Shown: piece by piece, positions 1 through 10,418 of the stretch
How the letters are laid out: each line of letters opens with the position of its first letter
Position numbering within the stretch: the first letter of the stretch is position 1
From: an uncultured Acidimicrobiia bacterium
Lineage (GTDB): Bacteria; Acidobacteriota; Terriglobia; Versatilivoradales; Versatilivoraceae
Direction: 5' to 3'
NCBI GenBank assembly: GCA_963786955.1
Contig: CAWBAT010000008.1
Location: 224,001 to 288,000, forward strand
Length of the DNA: 64,000 bases
The notes under the pieces: generated by a model
Seen by the model: only the letters and a program-made list of their open reading frames with translations
Databases searched by the model: none
What the model was told of the DNA's origin: nothing
Program-made: the position numbers and the translations under genes

Positions 1-762
1 GTAAAGAATATTGGCAGCTTCAATGTCTGGGGCCAAAAAGATGTCAGTGCTTTCAACCAGCGGGACTATCAATGGACTTTCCTGTCGGCAGCGAAGCGGC
101 TCAAAGGTACATCCAGAGCGATGGGGCCTTCGACGTACCCCCCAGTCAACTGCCCACGCCGGTTCATCAGGGTGAGGCCAGCAGCGTCCAGGGTTGCCGG
201 CATTTCCGAGTTGACGAATTCTAACGCACAGAGTGCTGCTACATTCGGTTTCACAATCCCAATGGCATGCGCGACTTCGATAGCGTTTCGACAGAGATCT
301 GCTTTCTGTTCCAGGTTAGGGGCAATATTAATCGCCGCGTCCGTCAGAATCATCAGTCGGTCATAAGCCAGGGACTTGGAACACGATGACCTGACTGAGC
401 AGCCGGCCGGCCCTTAGGCCGAACTCCTTGTCCAAAACTGCTCGAATTAGAGCCGCCGTGCTGATTTTCCCTTTCATCAAGAGATGGGCCTTCCCTTCAC
501 GAATGAGGGCAATGGCTTTTCGCGCGGCGGCGGATTCATCCAATTCATGGATGATCTGCTCCTCCGGGAGGGGGAATCCCAGCTTCCCGGCAAAAGCGCG
601 GATCTTCTCGGAGTTTCCGATAAAGATCCCTTCGGCAAGCTTCATTTCCTTTGCTTGCTTCATGGCTTCAATGACGTCAGGATCGTGGCCGGCAGCTACC
701 GCGACCTTTATCGGGCCTAGCGAAGAGGCAGCCCGAACTAGTTCATCCAGCTGTCTGTACAT
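1..762 (-). CDS. ptb: Phosphate acetyl/butyryltransferase (PTA_PTB family); frameshifted near 360 and 70, runs off the window edge
   Basis: ORFs 361..822 and 69..353 join: 'IKVAVAAGHD', 'LLMKGKISTAALIRAVL', 'LTDAAINIAPNLEQK', 'VEGPIALD'; a third frame continues 'DIFLAPDIEAANILY'. Likely ATG at 762. Confidence 0.8.
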
Positions 763-834
763 ATTCTTATTTTCCTGTTGCCACGGGTTGGTTCTTGAGA
801 ACGGCGCTGGCGATTTTCTCAAACTCGACGCTGC

Positions 835-2010
835 TTAATAGAGCTTTGTTCTCAATAGAGGCTCTGCTTGACGCGGGCTCAGGATCTCATTGATCTGGTC
901 CGCAGTGGCTGTCAATCCACGCCGTTCCAGGTGTTCTTCGATATTGGCCACTCCACTCCCTTTGCCTAAGGCAACGTCGACTCCCGGCCGTCCGACGACT
1001 TCAGGTAGGAAAGGAATATATTCCAATGGCTCAATATTTTTGCAGCGACGATGGAACATGGCGACGATCCCGGACTCGATGTTGTAAAGGGAATCTCCAA
1101 CGATGGGCCGATTCGGAGGAAGGCGGAAACCGGCAAGCTCTTGGACGAGTTTGGAAAGCTCGTAGAACTTTTCCGTCTTAATCCCGGTCTCTATCCCGTA
1201 AAGAACCCGAAGAGCCATGACGGTATCTTCCAAGGGAACGTTGCCTGCCCGCTCTCCCGTTGCCGACACCGTCACATGAGCCACCGATGCTCCGTTGGCC
1301 AGAGCCGCGATGGTGTTAGCAACCCCCAGGCCGAAATCTTCATGGCAGTGAATCTCAATGGGCTGTTTGAATCGAGCCCGAAGCTTCTTGACCACCATCG
1401 CAATTCCCTGGGGCGTGCAAACTCCAAAGGAATCGGCTAATGTCATGGCATCCATGTGCCCTTCCGTAGCCACTTTCTCGACGAGATCGAGATAACGTTC
1501 TAAATCGGAGCGCGTGCTGTCGATGGTGAAAAAAACTGTGTAAAGCCCTGCCTCCTTTGCGGCCAAGGTGGTTTCGATCGAAGATTTGATGGCCCAGTCC
1601 ATGGTCTTTCCCGTAGGCATTCTTAATGATGTGATCGCTGGAAGGGATCTCGGTGATGATGCCTTTCACTCCGCATTCTTTGGCCAATTTCACGTCGGCC
1701 GGCATACAACGCGCGAAAGAGAAGATCTCAGAGGGGAGCCCCAGGGCGACAATATCCTTGATCGCTGCTTCATCTTCGGCTGAAACAGCCGGCATCCCTG
1801 CTTCGATCCGATGAACTCCGGCTTCCGCCAATTTCTTGGCAATCGCCACTTTCTCTCTGCGACGAAACACAATGCCAGTTTGCTGCTCGCCGTCACGCAA
1901 AGTTACATCATGGATTCTAATCTTGGCCGGAAAGTTCAGATCTTTTTGCGCTTCGGCGGAAAAATTCCAAGGGCTTGCAAACCAACGCTCCGTTTTCCAT
2001 GGCAATTCAT
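835..2010 (-). CDS. LeuA/homocitrate-synthase-family DRE-TIM acyl-CoA condensing enzyme without a C-terminal regulatory domain; frameshifted near 1610 and at the start
   Basis: Motifs 'IHDVTLRDGEQ', 'IEAG', 'EIHCHEDFGLGVAN', 'GERAGN', 'LGKGSG' across ORFs 1355..2137 and 835..1620; AAGGAGG RBS upstream of the ATG at 2010. Confidence 0.85.
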
Positions 2011-2292
2011 AAATATCCTCCTTAGTTTGATGGCAGAAAGATTGGGAATAATTCACTCGACAACAATCTCTGAATCTAGTCATAAGGGAGAGTCGTGTCA
2101 AGTTCAAATCATGCCGCGAGATCGGGTTTAAAATCACTTCGCGGCGGACATAAAGTTGAAGGCGAGGTTGTGTCCTACAGCCAAGATGGGGCCTCTATCC
2201 GTCATTCTGAGGGTCACAGTTTTTTTTGACTTCGTCGACTTCCTTCCGGAGCGTTTTATGGAGTCAAGGCGGCAGAGCATCTCGTCCCAACT

Positions 2293-2529
2293 ATGACTAA
2301 GAGGAAGATGATCTATCGAGGGAAGTTACGGGTGAACGAAACCTTTCAGAGCCAGCTAAAAAAAATCAACACTGGAATGAACCAGAAACTTAGAAGTCGG
2401 CAGCGGTGGTTCAGCGTCGTGACAATTACAGCGTTTATCTATGGGCTGCTCGGCATCGGATTTTTCCTCGCATTTCATCCTCTCCAATCTGCAATCCCCA
2501 GTTTTACTCTCCCCGCTCCATCGAAATAA
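2293..2529 (+). CDS. Possible small membrane protein
   Basis: 78-aa ORF with one hydrophobic segment (WFSVVTITAFIYGLLGIGFFLAF) after a basic stretch; convergent with and slightly overlapping the FG-GAP gene. No family recognised. Confidence 0.3.
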   Translation: MTKRKMIYRGKLRVNETFQSQLKKINTGMNQKLRSRQRWFSVVTITAFIYGLLGIGFFLAFHPLQSAIPSFTLPAPSK

Positions 2530-5182
2530 AGGCGCCGTCGTCGCTCCGCACGCCAGGTGATCCCCCATCATTGATGACACCGTAGGCGATAAATGGATTG
2601 GATCCGCTGACCCGTGTAATTCGCGCATATCCTTGAGTTGTACCAGGAGCCTTAGAGAGTATCGACGAAATCTGCATCCACTGCTTGGCGGCCAGCGTGA
2701 TATCTTTTAAGGTTTGAACTTTTTCTCCTTTTTCACCGTCAAAAAGCTCGACACGAAATACATCCGCAGAATCATCGATCTCACCGGTATTGATAAGAGC
2801 AAGATTTGTCCGATTTTCTGAATTCTGTTGCAGCCCATAGATCCAAGCCGTGGAGTTGGCAGTTAGACCTTCAGGCACAGCAAAATAAAAAAGACCATAG
2901 TATCCGTCTCCCCCAGGCGCCGCTGTGCGTGCGCTCAAAAACATGCCTGTCGCGTCCGCTACCAGGCCAGCCTCGACCATTGCAAACAAGGATCCTGCGT
3001 AAGTTGGTCCAGCCGCCCCAATCCCCGGGGTCTCTTTCGAACGCAGAAACTGGACAAAATTGGGAATGATCTGTTGCTCCAGTGGCTGAAGTTCAACCTG
3101 ATATTTTGCAGTAGAATTTGGGGCCTGAATCGCGTCCGCCACATAGGAGAGATTCAATTTCCTGCTAATGGTCGTAAGGTTGGTTACCACAACTTCCGTC
3201 TTGAACACCGGAGTTTCGACGACAACAGGGAGTGTCAGCCGGTTAACCGCATATTGAAAGATTGCTGTCATCGGCGGAATAAAGGAACCGTCAGAGGTTG
3301 TCTGGTCATTGATCACAGCATAGGCAAAGTAGGGTGCAGTGGCCGATTGTTCCGTGGGTTGAACTTTCACCATGCCTTGACTCAAGGAAAGCCCATTTGA
3401 AATGAGAATATTGCTGATCTGTTTGAATTCTCCCGGCGCCAGGGTTACGTCCGGGAGTACCTGTGTTAATGGATTCTTGGGGTCTCCCGAAATAACCGTG
3501 AGACGTAGAGTAATGCTGGGATCTGCAGATGTCCCTGCATGCAAGACCGCCACATTGCTCCGATCCTGATTGTTCTGCCTGAGGCCACACAGATAAATCG
3601 ACTCTCGGAGAAAAGGCAGGGAAGCATGAATATCCGGGTAGGCAAGTCCGGCACGTCCCTCCTGCGTTTTTGTCGTTGTCCTCACGGTGACGGCGACGTC
3701 CGAGGGGGAGGAAAGCTGTTTGAATTGGGCGGCCAAGGTTCCGCCTCGATCACCCGAGTCAGGAACTGGAATGCCGATGGTTTTTAGCCATGAAATGACG
3801 TCCGGGATAATCAGTTGTTTGCCTGCATCCACCATTCTGCCGCCTGTGCCGCCGCCACCGCCGAAGGAGGGGGTATAGGTGAGCCGCATATCGGTGGCCG
3901 TGGTTCCCCGATTGGTGATCGTCATTTCTGAAGTATAAAAAGAATTGTTCTGTCCTGAGACAGAGAGAACGATTGGGACCACGGTGTTGACTACGCTCGT
4001 GGTGTTCAACAATAAATTGACTTTGTTGAAATTGCTAAGGGCCACAGCCAGGTCCGGTTTTCCGTCGGCGTTTAGATCCCCGACGGCAATCCCCTGCGGT
4101 TTTGAAGCACTCAGGAGGGGAACTCTACCTCTACGTCCTGAGAACCCCCCACGTCCGTCACCCGTCAGTAGAGACAAAGTAGACGAACTCGAATTGGTCA
4201 ACACCAGGTCGAGGTTGCCGTCAAGGTCAAGATCCACGGCAGCGAAGTTGCCCAGAGTCTCACCGGAACTTGCCGGTTGATCTCGCTTGGGGAAGAAGCT
4301 CCCATCGCCTTTCCCGAGGAAAATGGACACAGTTGTTTCTCCCATAGTGGCAAGGTCGGTCTTCTGATCTCCATTGAAGTCGGCAGACAGAATCCAAAGA
4401 GGGTCGGTCGAAGTTGCCAAATCATTCCTCTTTCCGAACTTGCCGGTTCCGTCACCTAGGAGTATTGTGATCTTATCGTTTTCAACGCAGGCTGCAGCCA
4501 AATCCAGCTTATTATCCCCGTTCAAGTCGGCGGCAACGAGCCCAACCGGGTTCACTTCAACGGCAAAATCTGCCTTGGGGCCGAAGGTCCCATTTCCAGT
4601 TCCCAGGAAAACTGATACGGAATTTGCCCCATAATTGCTGACCGCCAGGTCGAGCTTCTGATCGCCATTGAAGTCTCCAGTAACCAGGACCGCTGGATTG
4701 GCGGCGGTCTCAATTTCCGTGGTGTTCTGAAAGAAAAAATCTCCTTTGCCAATTAGAACCGATATTGTATTGGAACCCAAATTTGAAGCTGCCAAATCCA
4801 GCTTGCCATCTCCATTAAAATCTCCAACTACAAGTCCTGCGGTGACTAAGCCTGTTGTGGTCTCGCCAAAGACACCTCCAAAACCTCCGTAACTTCCGGG
4901 CAGGATTGCGACAGTCCCCTGTGCAGTCGTACTGGTCCCCGGCTCAGCACCCGGGTTAGCCACCGCTAAGTCTAAATAGCCATCCCCATTGAAATCGCCC
5001 GTTACCACTGAATAAGTGAAATTGCCCGTATTGACGGCGGATACTGTGGATACTTGGGAGTTGTCAAAAGTGACCCATTGTGCTGCAAGGATTGAAGAAA
5101 ACACAAGAAGGAATAAAAGTAGAATCAGCCCGATGATTGAGATGCGGGCTAACTTTCGCACATGCGAAACTTTAGGGTTCAT
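2504..5182 (-). CDS. Secreted FG-GAP/VCBS-repeat protein with a conserved C-terminal ~500-aa module
   Basis: Signal-like N-terminus (RISIIGLILLLFLLVFSSILAA); about seven 'GDFNGDGxLDLAV' repeats; C-terminal module homologous to those of the proteins at 46559 and 51472. GGAGG RBS precedes the ATG at 5182. Confidence 0.9.
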   Translation of the reverse strand: MNPKVSHVRKLARISIIGLILLLFLLVFSSILAAQWVTFDNSQVSTVSAVNTGNFTYSVVTGDFNGDGYLDLAVANPGAEPGTSTTAQGTVAILPGSYGGFGGVFGETTTGLVTAGLVVGDFNGDGKLDLAASNLGSNTISVLIGKGDFFFQNTTEIETAANPAVLVTGDFNGDQKLDLAVSNYGANSVSVFLGTGNGTFGPKADFAVEVNPVGLVAADLNGDNKLDLAAACVENDKITILLGDGTGKFGKRNDLATSTDPLWILSADFNGDQKTDLATMGETTVSIFLGKGDGSFFPKRDQPASSGETLGNFAAVDLDLDGNLDLVLTNSSSSTLSLLTGDGRGGFSGRRGRVPLLSASKPQGIAVGDLNADGKPDLAVALSNFNKVNLLLNTTSVVNTVVPIVLSVSGQNNSFYTSEMTITNRGTTATDMRLTYTPSFGGGGGTGGRMVDAGKQLIIPDVISWLKTIGIPVPDSGDRGGTLAAQFKQLSSPSDVAVTVRTTTKTQEGRAGLAYPDIHASLPFLRESIYLCGLRQNNQDRSNVAVLHAGTSADPSITLRLTVISGDPKNPLTQVLPDVTLAPGEFKQISNILISNGLSLSQGMVKVQPTEQSATAPYFAYAVINDQTTSDGSFIPPMTAIFQYAVNRLTLPVVVETPVFKTEVVVTNLTTISRKLNLSYVADAIQAPNSTAKYQVELQPLEQQIIPNFVQFLRSKETPGIGAAGPTYAGSLFAMVEAGLVADATGMFLSARTAAPGGDGYYGLFYFAVPEGLTANSTAWIYGLQQNSENRTNLALINTGEIDDSADVFRVELFDGEKGEKVQTLKDITLAAKQWMQISSILSKAPGTTQGYARITRVSGSNPFIAYGVINDGGSPGVRSDDGAFISMERGE

Positions 5183-5805
5183 TGTCTTGCCCTCCTTTTC
5201 CAAAAGGCCCTCAGCGCCTTGGTGCAAAGCAGAACTCGGTGAGGCTGAGAAAATCGCACTGGGGTATGACAAAATCCACAGGGGTACAAAGAGTGGCTGG
5301 AGGTCGTGTGACAAGACCAATCCAGTCTTTGGGTCTGAATCGAGAAGGCAGGCGGAGAGCGCCAAAAATCAACGATAAATTCTTTCTGGAAATTTTCTTG
5401 TTGAGAGAAACTTTCGGAGGGACTTGAACGCAGGCAACTGCCGAGCTGGTTAAGATCGAGAAAGGGACGGGAAACGGGATACATGAGCACCCCCCGAGCC
5501 TTCATCGGGTCCCGATAGGCCCTGAAAGCCCCCTCCCCTTATAAAGGTTATGCTATACCTCTCCTTCTAATCCTTCAAGATCTGGCAAAAGTTTTTTTAT
5601 TCAGCGATGGCTAGAACAAGAAGTCTTTGATCATCATAGGGATAGTGAGCGGTCCCAATTATGAATGGGTTGTGAACGACCACTCGGACCCGAAACTTAG
5701 AGGCCATCATTCGAATTTCTCCGGATGGGGTGCACACTCTGCAGAAGGAATACGGATGCCTTAGGTCCCAGCGCTGAGGGCCTTTTTCGAGGCGTGGATG
5801 TGTTC

Positions 5806-5967
5806 ATTGCAAATTTCGGAATGCGGATTGCGAATTGGAAAAGAGATCGTCGGGCTCATACTCGTTTCGACCCGCTGGTTTTCTGGCCGGGACAACGAGC
5901 TTCGCTGGGCTCTCAAGTCTTGAGGGGTAAGTCAAATCCGAAATCGACGATCCGAAATCCGAAATTC
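5806..5967. repeat. Inverted arms of heptamer-type repeats (TTTCGGA/TGCGGAT ... ATCCGAAA) around a ~100-bp core
   Basis: Left 'atttcggaatgcggattgcgaatt', right 'aaatccgaaatcgacgatccgaaatccgaaattc'. Confidence 0.6.
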
Positions 5968-6165
5968 AACTTCCCACTGCGGGCAAAAATCGATCACCGT
6001 GGCTTCGAGAACGGAATTTGCGCAGGGGGGAGATTTAATCTCAACTACATTGACGGGCCCCTGTCCTCTGATGACAGAGAGGTTTGCAAATTTGCAAAAT
6101 TATGATGTAACATGACCCGAACTCAAGCTGGACAAGCGATACGGGAAACCAAGAGAGGAACGCAC

Positions 6166-7727
6166 ATGATGAAGAAGAGCGAGCAACGAGGTTTCGTGGT
6201 GGGTTTGATGGCTTTTCTGCTCCTTCTGACAATAGCCTGCTCGAAGGATTCGTCAAAACCGCCTGCCAAACCACAAACGGCAGAAAATCCGCCCGCCTCA
6301 TCTTCAGTCGCTCCACCTGCATCTTCAGTCGGGGAAGGCACTCCTTCAAATCTGGAAGAGTCTGTCGAAGGCAAGCTTATCGCCCGGAAATGGACAGGTG
6401 ATCTGGACGGGATGATCGAACGACGGCAGATTCGCATCCTGACGACTTATTCAAAAACCGGCTATTTTGTTGATAAGGGAACCCAGCGAGGATTGGTTTA
6501 TGACATCTTCCAACAATTTGAAGATTCCTTAAACAAGAAACTAAACAACAAGAATGTTCGTGTGCATGTAGTATTCAAGCCGGTGGCACATGACGACCTG
6601 ATTCCGGCATTGTTGGACGGGCGGGGAGACATTGTCGCTGCATCAACGCTGGTTACGGAGTGGCGGCGGGAGCAGGTCGACTTTACGAATCCAACGCGAT
6701 CCAATGTCTCCCTCATTGTGGTTACAGGACCCGGAGCGCCTCCAATGAAGGGGATCAAGGATCTTGCAGGGAAAGAAGTGTATCTTCGCCTTTCGGGGGT
6801 GTCTCCTAAAGCAGTGGAACAATTCAATGCCAATGCTGGCCACGGACGGGCTTCCGCCTGTCAAGATTATCGCCGCACCCGAGGTTCTGGCAGACGAGGA
6901 CATTTTGGAGATGGTCAATGCCGGTATAGTCCAGATCACCATCGCCAATGATTTTGTTGCCGAGTTCTGGAAGCAGATTTTTCCGAATCTTGTGCTTCAT
7001 AAAGATGTGGCGGTCAAGTCAGATGGACAGACGGCGTGGATGATTCGCAAGAACAGCCCGCAGTTAATGGCTGAACTCAACGCTTTTATTGCGCTTTTCC
7101 CTGAAGGGTCCCTGAGACGGAACCTGCTCTTCAAAAAATATCTCAAAGACACTAATTATGCCAAGCAAGCAACCTCGAAGCAGGAGATCGCCAAATTCCA
7201 GCGCGTCGTCGAGTATATGCGTAAATATAGCGACAAATACGGACTCGATTATTTACTGATGGGAGCCCAGGGTTACCAGGAGTCCGGGCTCGATCAAAAC
7301 AAGAAGAGTCGCCGTTGGGGCTGTCGGCGTCATGCAAGTAATGCCTGCGACAGGCAAGGAATTGAAAGTGGGAGATATTACGCAGCTTGAGCCCAACGTT
7401 CATGCCGGAGTGAAATATATCCGTTTCATGATGGACCAGTATTATGCCAAAGAGCCGATGGACGAGCTCAACAAAGGCCTATTTACTTTCGCCTCTTACA
7501 ACGCGGGACCAGGCCGAATTAAGCAACTGCGGGAGAAGGCAGCCCAGCGGGGGCTGGATCCAAACAAATGGTTTAACAACGTGGAAATTATTGCCTCAGA
7601 ATCCATAGGCCGCGAAACAGTGCAATATGTCTCCAATATCTACAAGTATTATTTGGCGTACAAGATGGTCACAGAGCAAAGAGAACAGCGAGAAAAGGCC
7701 AAGAAGGAGGCCATCTCAAAGAAATAG
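6166..7727 (+). CDS. MltF-like lytic transglycosylase lipoprotein (SBP_bac_3 + SLT domains); frameshifts near 6835 and 7310
   Basis: Lipobox 'LTIAC'; 'WTGDLDGMIERRQIRIL', 'LIPALLDGRGDIVAA', 'AQGYQESGL', 'MQVMPATG', 'FASYNAGPGR', 'GRETVQYVSNI'. Confidence 0.85.
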
Positions 7728-7858
7728 GAAGGATTTAGGACAAATATGGGAGGCTACTTCCGGGAGAAAATAGAAATATCTTCAAAAACCGGGGTTGTCG
7801 GTGTGGGCACCAGCTCCCATATGGGGACACAGCCTCCCCACTTCTAATCAAGCAGGGC

Positions 7859-7955
7859 TCTCGCCAAGCGCGCCAAGACGTTATAGCTCTTTCCGCCTTA
7901 CGATCCCTCCAACTAGGGTTTAACCCATTCTCTGTGTCCTTTGCGCCTTTGCGAG
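7859..7955. repeat. Short inverted-arm element with CTTTGCGCC-type repeats
   Basis: 'tctcgccaagcgcgccaag' pairs with 'ctttgcgcctttgcgaga'. Confidence 0.45.
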
Positions 7956-8140
7956 AAGATATTCTTTCTGATTCTGAAGGATATTGTTTATGCGGTATAT
8001 AAGCGAGCCTACCTCAATGTGGGAGCCTACATCCGGCAGGCGACCAACTGGTACTCAAACGGTAAGGTGGCCGGTGAGGACACCGGCTCCCAAGTTCGAA
8101 TTACGCCGAAGTTCTCGCTGAATTTCAATTTTTTCCCAGC

Positions 8141-10273
8141 TCACAGGGACTGGTCTGTCCGAACTTCGAAGATGTCGACTTTGTATTGGGATGTTAGAGG
8201 AAGTATCACTCCTTTCTGGAATTGCTCGCCCAAGAAGTTCCCCAACGCATCTCCACTCATGATCGAGCGGACTCTAAATCTTCCGGCAGGATAAGTAGGC
8301 AGTTTGATCTCAACCTGGGGAGTCTCGGTTTCGTTCTTGAAGATCGCGATGAAGCCTTCGCCTCGCCGGCTTAACCGGGCATAGCCGTCCCACGCCATGA
8401 CGTTTGGTTGATACCAGTTCCCCAGCGGAAAAAAGCTCTCTTGAAGGGGCACTTCCCGACGAAGTTGTTTGAACCAGCGCACTTTCTCTCCAAACCATTT
8501 TACCTGTTCGGGAGTCAAATTCCTGATGTCGCCCATGAATACGGGAGTGGATCCAATGGCGGTGCCGAAGCGCTCTTCCGGATCCGGCATGTCGGCGCGG
8601 ACGAGCCCGATGATCATGCCTTCTGCCGGAATTGCCAGAGAACGGTGGTAGAGCAGCATTCTCGCGTTGCGCGGGCCGGCCATTTGCGGTGTACTGTCGT
8701 TAACATTCGCCATCCAATCGAAATCTACATAACCGAGCAAACCGTAATCAATGATGTGGGATTGTCCCCAGGTTTCGTAGGTGACGTCCAACAGGATATC
8801 GGGATGTTTCTGGTAGATCTTTTCGCTCATGATCCGTAGCCCGTCGTAGATGCCTTGCAAGGACTGATCCCGATTTTCATGATGATGTCCCTTGGCCCAG
8901 CAGCCTGCTCTCCAGCGGCCATAGGGGTCGAACGCCGTCATCAGGTCCATCTTAATATACTGTGGGCGGAATTTATCGATAAGCTCAATAATGCGCTGTG
9001 CCACCCAGTCACAGTAAGGCGAGTCGAGGCACATGAAACGGTCCCCGTCTTTGGGGAAATCAGATACTCGTTCATTTCCATCTTCGTCTCGCATGACCCA
9101 TTCGGGGTGTTCCTTGAAAACCTGACTCTCCGGGCTGACGACGACGATGGGGAACCAGAGTCCTAATTTCATTCCGTGGGTCTTCAGGAGTTTCTGCATG
9201 CCGTCGAGCCCTTCCGGGAACTTAGTCTTATCAACCTGGCAATCGTTATAGTTGTCACACCATCCGGTATCCAGGGTGAAATTGTCAAAGCCCATTGCAG
9301 CAGCGATGGGGACCAATTCATTGATCGTTGACTCTGTGTAATGCCAGTAAAAGGGGTCCCAGGTATTGAAGAACCAAGGAGGCGAATACGCATTTCCTTT
9401 CTTCAGGATAATTTGAGAGGTGTACCAGGGCATCACCCAGCGAGAGTCTGCCTTGCCTCGATCTTTGATGAAAAATGCAATTCCACTTTTGGCGCTGGTA
9501 AAAGTTTCTCCGGGCTTGAGGCTTCGCTTGAAGGGGAAGAGATCCGTGTCATACATGACACTGACCCCTTCACCAAAATTAATCATCTGGGTACGCTTCA
9601 TCCAGCCCGGGGCCTCATTCATAATGACAAACCCCTCTTGGGTACGGGGATTCATCTCGATGATTGCCGGTTCTTCAACACGGCCGGTGTAAAAGACCTC
9701 GCGCGGATGGACGCCATAGTACCCCAAAATCAGTTGTTCACTGGGAGGGGCGGCGATGAGGTCCAACTTTTCGAAAGACAAGCGATTGAGAAGAAGGGAT
9801 TCATTGCCGTTATTTGTGACCGATATCCATTTCCGAACGACGGGATGGCTCGCATAAACGGCATAAAAAACGGAAACTTCGATTGGTTTATTTTTTGCCC
9901 TGAGCCTAATTTCAAGTTGTTTCCCGGATGAGGTGATTTCAGAAATGTCGGACCCGACGAGATCGAAATGGGCGGCAGGACCCGGGGCTGCCCCCATGAG
10001 TTGCTCATTGCCAGAGTAAAATTCAAACTCGACTCGCCACTGCTGTTCTTTTCGCCATTCTTCGTCGTTGGGCATCGGAACCAGAAAGTTCGTTCCCGTC
10101 AGTTTGTGCTCCCAGCGTTCAGTGTAGAGACCGTGCATCGGTGCGTAGAGTAAACTCCGTTCCACAAGTCCGTTGCCGATTTTCCAGGTCGTGCCGTCGT
10201 CGCCTTTTCGAACATATGCAGGCTCGCCTTGGGCAGCCGCCAGCAGAGTAGAAAATGAATTTGAATCCTTCAT
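8141..10273 (-). CDS. Glycoside hydrolase family 36 (alpha-galactosidase-like)
   Basis: 'FFNTW', 'FTLDTGW', 'KFPEGL', 'LGLWF', 'FKEHPEW', 'YIKMD' match GH36 TIM-barrel motifs; GGAGG RBS. Confidence 0.8.
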   Translation of the reverse strand: MKDSNSFSTLLAAAQGEPAYVRKGDDGTTWKIGNGLVERSLLYAPMHGLYTERWEHKLTGTNFLVPMPNDEEWRKEQQWRVEFEFYSGNEQLMGAAPGPAAHFDLVGSDISEITSSGKQLEIRLRAKNKPIEVSVFYAVYASHPVVRKWISVTNNGNESLLLNRLSFEKLDLIAAPPSEQLILGYYGVHPREVFYTGRVEEPAIIEMNPRTQEGFVIMNEAPGWMKRTQMINFGEGVSVMYDTDLFPFKRSLKPGETFTSAKSGIAFFIKDRGKADSRWVMPWYTSQIILKKGNAYSPPWFFNTWDPFYWHYTESTINELVPIAAAMGFDNFTLDTGWCDNYNDCQVDKTKFPEGLDGMQKLLKTHGMKLGLWFPIVVVSPESQVFKEHPEWVMRDEDGNERVSDFPKDGDRFMCLDSPYCDWVAQRIIELIDKFRPQYIKMDLMTAFDPYGRWRAGCWAKGHHHENRDQSLQGIYDGLRIMSEKIYQKHPDILLDVTYETWGQSHIIDYGLLGYVDFDWMANVNDSTPQMAGPRNARMLLYHRSLAIPAEGMIIGLVRADMPDPEERFGTAIGSTPVFMGDIRNLTPEQVKWFGEKVRWFKQLRREVPLQESFFPLGNWYQPNVMAWDGYARLSRRGEGFIAIFKNETETPQVEIKLPTYPAGRFRVRSIMSGDALGNFLGEQFQKGVILPLTSQYKVDIFEVRTDQSL

Positions 10274-10305
10274 GAATCCAACCTCCTATTTAGGATGAAA
10301 AAGAG

Positions 10306-10414
10306 TGCCCTCCTATTTTAGGAGGGGTAGGGGGGTGGTAATTGAGTTGAGAGAATTCACCACCCCTGCCGTAGCTGACGCCTCGGCTTCCCCTCCTCGA
10401 CTGAGGAGGAGAGG
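10306..10414. repeat. Palindromic intergenic element (CCCTCCT..AGGAGGG / CCCCTCCT..AGGAGG arms)
   Basis: Two terminal hairpins plus GGGGTGG/CCACCCC inner arms between two GH genes. Confidence 0.55.
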
Positions 10415-10418
10415 CGAT

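Noticed and set aside
835-2010. nifV or leuA gene symbol
   Set aside because: There are no nif or leu neighbours and no LeuA regulatory domain, so the substrate cannot be inferred.
5640-5790. Riboswitch or tRNA in the intergenic region before the transglycosylase
   Set aside because: A hairpin with a T-run exists near 5764-5787, but I recognise no aptamer or cloverleaf; an Rfam scan would be needed.
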